A stretch of 64,000 nucleotides of DNA from a virus. The position numbers and the translations under genes were made by a program. The DNA lies in the IMG/VR virus record IMGVR_UViG_3300033553_000116, positions 1-64,000 of that record, one strand, 5' to 3'. Shown here piece by piece: positions 59,151 to 64,000 of the stretch (the stretch's first letter is position 1; each line of letters starts with the position of its first letter). Under the pieces are notes generated by a model, which worked only from the letters and a program-made list of their open reading frames with translations, was not told the DNA's origin and made no database searches.

Positions 59151-59157
59151 AAACCGG

Positions 59158-59212
59158 CATAAGGCAGAGTGGGACAACCCACTCTGCTATTCTTTTTTTT
59201 TTTTATTTATCT
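59158..59212. terminator. Bidirectional terminator
   Basis: gcagagtggg/cccactctgc plus T run. Confidence 0.8.
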
Positions 59213-59955
59213 TTAGTCGTACGTTATATTAATTAAAGTACGGTGACCTGAATAGTTAGCTAGGAGAGTTCTACTTCCTGTGAAGTGAATATCTTTATAA
59301 ATCACCGCATCTCCTGCAGTCCCACCGTTATGATAGTTAAGACTAAAGTAACCTGTTACATTAATCTCCCCATTCGTTACCATGACGTTTGGAGATACTC
59401 TAACTAATGATACTTGGTAGTTAGTATTCTTAGGTGACACATCGTATTCAAAATCAATATCCTGAAATAAGAAATTATATCCAGCGAATAAAGGACAGTC
59501 ACGTGCAGACCCTGTGTTCTTATATTTAATTAAAACTGTACCGGGTCCATCCGTGGCTGCAAATGTGGACCCTACTTGAATGCCATGTGCATTAATATAG
59601 TCGGGCTCATCTATAGTCCTGAGTAAATTACCATTGTTACTTTCTCTAACTGAATTATTTATACCACTGCCAACGGTGCTACCTGGAGTTGCAAATAAAC
59701 CATGATAGTTAACCCAGGTACTATTAAAAACCATCCCATAGTCTGCAGTATCATAAATGCCTGGTAACAAACCAACAAGAGCATTATTGGGTATATGCTT
59801 AAATGTATACCATGGTTTCTCGTATGTACCATCGCCCGTTTCATCTGAGCCCATTGGTGATATATACACATCAAAGTTTGAGTTACCTGAACTACGACGT
59901 TTGCCACCGGCCATAACGGCACTAAATGAAAACTATTTATTATACTAGTTTTCAT
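59213..59955 (-). pseudogene. DUF1565/right-handed beta-helix-like protein; true start 59955, frameshifted at 59929-59932
   Basis: VYISP.GSD.TGDGT..KPW.T...LLPG.Y motif; strong RBS at 59955; restored N-terminus matches that of 19529..20302. Confidence 0.68.
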
Positions 59956-60052
59956 TTATCCTTACCCCCTTTAATAATTTATATAACTATACATAAAATA
60001 CCACATGGCTATCTCCAATATAGACATGATACATTGAAGAAAATTTCACACC

Positions 60053-60070
60053 TATATTACTATAGTGTAT
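60053..60070 (+). promoter_or_regulatory. Early promoter
   Basis: TATATTACTATAGTGTAT. Confidence 0.78.
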
Positions 60071-60136
60071 AACAACCTAGTTATCTTCACCACGAAGAAT
60101 AGCTAATATAACAGAATTAATTAATGGAGAAATAAC

Positions 60137-61357
60137 ATGTCAGATTTTAATCTACTAGCTTCAGCAATAGCGGATCTGTGCAATGATGGTAATGTACCAC
60201 TTGGTGAAATAGTATCAACATCAGATATCTTAACGGCATTACCCACGGATGTGGCGCGTATGTTTGAGACACCAACGGCCCTACGTTTAGCAATGACTAA
60301 GTTTGATACGTTATTAAATGTACATGGCTTTACATTTAGTCGTCCATCTGCACACGTCTGGAAATTTAAAAAGATTGAACCATCCGAATCATCTACAGTA
60401 CCTAATCCAGTTATAGGTATCCAGCAGCAATTAGATCGCATAGAAGAAACATTAGATGCCACCAACCAAACGGCTCAGCATAATCGAGAGACTGCTGATA
60501 CAAACTATTCAGTTCTAGCAACTGGCATTGCCGATATACTTAAAATGGTAAAACATATTAATATTTCCACTGCAAAAAGAGATGACATGGGTAGTCTCGC
60601 AGACCTTGCTCTCGACTTGGATGCTAAAGCCGTAAAGACTAGTGAGTTAGTAATGGACCAACTTAGTAAGGCAGATGCTTGGAAAGCAGAATTGCGCGCT
60701 ATGACAAAACATGCTAATAATGCTGTGGCTGGTATGCAAATAGGGTTAGATAGCCATATAGCAGCAACTGCTAAACATCAAGACTGGTTATATAGCGCCA
60801 CTATACAACATCATGAGAACTATATGGGTGGACTTGGAGTGGTGGAAGGTAATATCAAGCAACACTTTTCTAACTTAGTGGAAGGCATTGGTCGACCACT
60901 ATCTAACCCACTAGCCAGTATGTCTCAGGCTAAATATAAAAGATCCTCACCACATTCAAAAGTAGATATAGTGAAAACTGGTAATATTACTACCTTTCGT
61001 GGTCTGGCACATAGTGGTCGTACAACAGAGATGCTACATTATTTGGTAAACCGACGTATTGGAATTGCCAATCAGATACTTTATATCTCTAATGGTGTAT
61101 CTCCCGATAAAATGTGGAAGGATGTTAATGACACATCTAGGCAGATGGGCTTAGATAACCTACCACATGGTAATGTGAAATGTATTTCTATAAACTATAA
61201 TGTACCCTACGGCAGTGAAGACCTAGCAGATATAATCCGTAGACACTCTAACTACATAGTGTTTTTCGATATCCCTATGTCACCCTACAGTAATCTTTTA
61301 TGGTGGGATGCCAATTTCCATGACCGTGAAGTATATATCACAGAGCCATTTATATAA
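60137..61357 (+). CDS. Early coiled-coil protein with a degenerate C-terminal P-loop domain
   Basis: Helical middle; ITTFRGLAHSGRTT, ILYIS and IVFFD motifs. Confidence 0.65.
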   Translation: MSDFNLLASAIADLCNDGNVPLGEIVSTSDILTALPTDVARMFETPTALRLAMTKFDTLLNVHGFTFSRPSAHVWKFKKIEPSESSTVPNPVIGIQQQLDRIEETLDATNQTAQHNRETADTNYSVLATGIADILKMVKHINISTAKRDDMGSLADLALDLDAKAVKTSELVMDQLSKADAWKAELRAMTKHANNAVAGMQIGLDSHIAATAKHQDWLYSATIQHHENYMGGLGVVEGNIKQHFSNLVEGIGRPLSNPLASMSQAKYKRSSPHSKVDIVKTGNITTFRGLAHSGRTTEMLHYLVNRRIGIANQILYISNGVSPDKMWKDVNDTSRQMGLDNLPHGNVKCISINYNVPYGSEDLADIIRRHSNYIVFFDIPMSPYSNLLWWDANFHDREVYITEPFI

Positions 61358-61435
61358 ACCATTATTAAGTATTTTTATACTTCTAAACCTATATTGTGTA
61401 GAAAGTTTATTTCTTCTCCTTAAAGTTAAAGTTAA

Positions 61436-61932
61436 AGCCGTTGGGTTGTCCAAGTCAACCCAACACCTAATTCCCTCCACCCCCTTGTGGAATGATGCAA
61501 TGACCTAAGCATTTAAATGTTGACTTATGTTAACTAAGAGGTAACTCTACATCTACGGATATAGTTTTAAACGCAAGATACCCCAGAACTTCCTTATGAG
61601 TTGTGGGTCACTATCTTGAGGGCTGACGCGGAGCGACCGTGTCCGGAAGATATGCCTTGACCAACTTCCACCCATTCAATGTATTAGTATCTAGCAATGA
61701 TTTACCTCGACGTCTAGGTGCTAGTACATTAATCGGGGGATTGCCCTCCTCGTTATTTCGTTTGCGGACGATTAAGTTGGGCAGTATGAGTTACATGTAC
61801 CCAAATAGGGATAATCACTATGTGTAAACAAATCGTTGGGCGCTTTATTAATGCGTCGGTCCGGGGACTAGATCGCCGGTGAAAGGCTGCACCCATAATG
61901 TTGGTGCTGGGGGAGTTAGCCTACCCCCACCT
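61436..61932 (+). ncRNA. Putative large structured non-coding RNA, family unknown
   Basis: Dense hairpins including a 17-bp stem with 3 G.U pairs and UACG/GUAA tetraloops; GC-richer; no credible ORF. Confidence 0.6.
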
Positions 61933-61940
61933 TATTTTAT

Positions 61941-62015
61941 TCCGAAGTAGCTCAGTGGTAGAGCAGAAGCCTGTTAAGCTTTTGGCCGTTGGTTCGACCC
62001 CAACCTTCGGAGCCA
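61941..62015 (+). tRNA. trnN: tRNA-Asn(GTT), CCA encoded
   Basis: Full cloverleaf: tccgaag/cttcgga, loop ctGTTaa, TTCGA T-loop, G73-CCA. Confidence 0.95.
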
Positions 62016-62022
62016 CACAACG

Positions 62023-62096
62023 TCGGACATAGCTCAGTTGGGAGAGCGGCACCTTTGCGGGTGTGATTGTCGCAGGTTCAATCCCTGCTGTCTGAC
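62023..62096 (+). tRNA. Atypical Ala-like tRNA or pseudo-tRNA (TGC in a non-canonical anticodon loop)
   Basis: Canonical D and T arms; tcggaca/tgtctga acceptor with G3.U70; anticodon loop not 7 nt; no CCA. Confidence 0.65.
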
Positions 62097-62099
62097 ACT

Positions 62100-62403
62100 T
62101 CATTTTCACTTATGGTAACAAGGGTTTACTGTCATTTACCTGCATCCGCCCTAAGTGAAAATTATTCTGTATGGACTTCTACGGAAGTTTGACTTACAGC
62201 TAGCTCCTGGAATGAGAATTAACTCATTGTACGTTTACCCCCGGTAGTTAGATAAATCCAAGTGGTTCTAGTTTGGTCTTGCAATCCATTAACACCCCCT
62301 AAGTAAGTGCTGTTCATAAGAGGCTGGTGTACCTTACGTACTCCGTGGAAGATGTGCCTTAACTTCCACCCATTCATTAGCCAGTCACATTGCGTGACTG
62401 GCT
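62100..62403 (+). ncRNA. Second putative structured RNA
   Basis: ttttcactta/taagtgaaaa, gacttc-TACG-gaagtt, aatgag/ctcatt and gtggaag/cttccac stems. Confidence 0.45.
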
Positions 62404-62420
62404 TATTTATATATTTTTTT
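62379..62420 (+). terminator. Terminator ending the RNA operon
   Basis: agccagtcac/gtgactggct 10-bp stem plus T-rich tail. Confidence 0.7.
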
Positions 62421-62442
62421 ATCTTATTGCTTGGAGTTGACA

Positions 62443-62631
62443 ATGAATAATGTGGTAAATATTACCAGAGCAGCAGATAGACTAGCTGTAAAAAATAGAG
62501 AAGCTTGGGAAAGATTGCAGCCCTTTATTAATATGATTCAAGATGTACGTAAGGGTAACCGAACGGCTAAAGAACAAGAAACAGTCCAGGCTCAAAGAAA
62601 GGGAAAGTTCCTATGGCTAAACAACACATAA
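62443..62631 (+). CDS. Small hypothetical protein
   Basis: GGAG RBS before ATG 62443. Confidence 0.5.
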   Translation: MNNVVNITRAADRLAVKNREAWERLQPFINMIQDVRKGNRTAKEQETVQAQRKGKFLWLNNT

Positions 62632-62867
62632 CAGGTAAAGAAAAGAAACTCATTAATCTGTTCATTTCTACTGCTAGAGACTATGAGGTAAATAATAAAA
62701 AGAGATATCTAGATATTCCTCTAAGTCCTACCGATGGTAATCTTAGTGATAATGCTAGACATAGACTATTTAAATTAGTTAAAGCTCATGGACTCAATTA
62801 TAGGTATATGGCAACCACGGCACGTAACGTTAGATATAGACGTATTATAGTAGGGCCGTACGTTTAA
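62613..62867 (+). CDS. Small basic hypothetical protein
   Basis: ORF overlapping the upstream gene. Confidence 0.5.
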   Translation: MAKQHITGKEKKLINLFISTARDYEVNNKKRYLDIPLSPTDGNLSDNARHRLFKLVKAHGLNYRYMATTARNVRYRRIIVGPYV

Positions 62868-62932
62868 CTATAGGGTATACGGCAAACATCTTATAGTCTA
62901 TGCAATTAACCAATTAAATTAATGGAAGTGAT

Positions 62933-63664
62933 ATGAGTTCTAAATTGACATTAAAGAAATATACTATCGACCCTATAGCCCAAGAAGAAGTTGCTTCTTT
63001 AGAGGATATGGAGAATGCTAGATGTACTACCCAGCATTCCTTGTTTGTTACAGAAGTGGAAGGTGTTCAACACTTCAAACTACATCTAGAGGACATCATG
63101 CCTGAGAAAGCGGCATTCCATGTGATACTTAATAGATTATCTCAAGCACAACAGGGTGATACGTTGGAATTACGTATACATAGCAATGGCGGCAGTACTG
63201 ATATTGGTCAGATTATTATTAACATGATTAATAATGTATTTCCTGGTCGAGCTACTGCAGTCTTGGATAACATGGGTAAATCAATGGGTGCTATTATTTT
63301 CTGTAATTGTCCTAAACGTATTGTGAATGTAAATTCAGACATCATGTTCCATTGGTATAGTGTAGGAGTTAGTGGTAAAGGAAATGAAGTCACTAGTAGC
63401 ATTGATCGAGCAAACGAAGCACTTAGGGATTTATACCAACGTTCAATGGTTGATACGGGTTTTCTAACACAGGAAGAAGTCGATAGATTGTACGATGGTA
63501 AGGATTACCCATTCGGCACAGTAGAGATGTGTCAACGTGGCATTGCTACACATGTACTAGTCAGAGGTATTGAAATCCCTGCAGTACAATACTTAGGATA
63601 CAAGTCTGAATCATTAACAGATGATGACATGGTTATATCCTATCACAGTGAAAGAAATATTTAA
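62933..63664 (+). CDS. ClpP-like serine protease
   Basis: LRIHSNGGS, KSMGAIIF (catalytic Ser), IMFH (His) and G.D motifs. Confidence 0.82.
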   Translation: MSSKLTLKKYTIDPIAQEEVASLEDMENARCTTQHSLFVTEVEGVQHFKLHLEDIMPEKAAFHVILNRLSQAQQGDTLELRIHSNGGSTDIGQIIINMINNVFPGRATAVLDNMGKSMGAIIFCNCPKRIVNVNSDIMFHWYSVGVSGKGNEVTSSIDRANEALRDLYQRSMVDTGFLTQEEVDRLYDGKDYPFGTVEMCQRGIATHVLVRGIEIPAVQYLGYKSESLTDDDMVISYHSERNI

Positions 63665-63751
63665 AACTCTTCTTTATTAGGCGTCCTAACGGTCGTCTAA
63701 TTATTGACATAAACTAAAAAAAAAGGAAGAGTGTATAGAAAAGGAAAATTT

Positions 63752-64000
63752 ATGACAAATTCAAGTCAAGCAGTAACACCTGTTACGTATAAAGGACTTG
63801 TCAGTGAGGGATACTTTATTACCTTAGCTGAGCTACGTGAGAAGTTAAACTTCTCCAATGGTACAGACTTTCAAGAAGCAGTAACATGGATTCATGTCGA
63901 ACAAGATATGAGACAGTTATTTATACCTGAACAAGTCCTCTGTACGAATGTTAGTTGGAAATCGCTTTCCCAGTTTGATAATACAATAATTGAAATAGGC
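63752..64000 (+). CDS. Partial gene; resembles a jumbo-phage virion/tail-associated domain family
   Basis: MTNSSQ...YKGLV....FIT..EL...G....W.....LFIP......VSW, open to the window end; AAGGA RBS. Confidence 0.55.
   Translation, partial: MTNSSQAVTPVTYKGLVSEGYFITLAELREKLNFSNGTDFQEAVTWIHVEQDMRQLFIPEQVLCTNVSWKSLSQFDNTIIEIG

Noticed and set aside
59659-59955. Independent 98-aa gene
   Set aside because: Only its first nine codons look real, as the displaced start of the frameshifted 59213..59955 gene.
61618-61932. tmRNA (5' GGGCTGA..GGA.CGAC and 3' CCACC resemblance)
   Set aside because: No T-loop or matching acceptor stem at the 3' end and no convincing tag reading frame.
61870-61932. Group II intron domain V/VI, RNase P or SRP RNA
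   Set aside because: CGGTGAAAG..GCAC is only a partial resemblance. There is no catalytic triad helix, no GAGGAAAGUCC and no complete SRP loop.
61298-62443. Short ORFs over the RNA region (61298, 61308, 61639, 61921, 62219)
   Set aside because: No RBS, atypical composition, and they overlap tRNA or structured RNA.
488-63402. Other antisense or nested ORFs inside long genes (e.g. 32542..33249, 29732..30256, 41719..42072)
   Set aside because: Shadow ORFs caused by codon bias of the sense gene; no RBS or recognisable motifs.
1-64000. Genome-wide stop-codon reassignment (tables 4, 25 or 15)
   Set aside because: Long core genes are intact under table 11 and use TGG for Trp. TGA ends genes in ATGA/GTGA overlaps, and TAG ends genes directly before terminators. 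Only partial read-through remains possible.

Overview
AT-rich, densely coding segment of a phiKZ-like, nucleus-forming jumbo phage (Chimalliviridae). Family assignments come from motif recognition and gene order recalled from phiKZ; no searches were run. The window holds the conserved core block: SbcD nuclease, ChmC/gp67-like, nvRNAP gp68-like, PicA/gp69-like, gp70-like, nvRNAP beta and beta' subunits, and an SF2 helicase. It also holds the exonuclease half of the split family-B DNA polymerase, a virion RNAP beta' subunit, head/inner-body and baseplate genes, a thyA split by a 332-nt ORF-less group I intron, DHFR, a ClpP-like protease, tRNA-Asn, ten exact TATATTAC early promoters plus one variant, and many hairpin terminators. 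The most interesting signals are not visible in the ORF track. (1) A probable programmed -1 frameshift at T TTT TTT (31070-31076) joins a gp77-like protein to a downstream ORF that lacks a good start. (2) Two otherwise intact genes, a P-loop kinase and an unannotated RNAP alpha-CTD-like gene, each carry one in-frame TGA, and every genuine TGA stop has a nearby backup TAA. (3) An early operon consists of six highly diverged tandem paralogs. (4) A shared N-terminal leader sits on two unrelated putative carbohydrate-binding proteins, one of them frameshifted inside a perfect palindrome. (5) About 1 kb around the tRNA looks like a structured non-coding RNA operon, with a duplicated hairpin motif and an aberrant tRNA-like gene. 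Several candidate anti-defence genes are also present.
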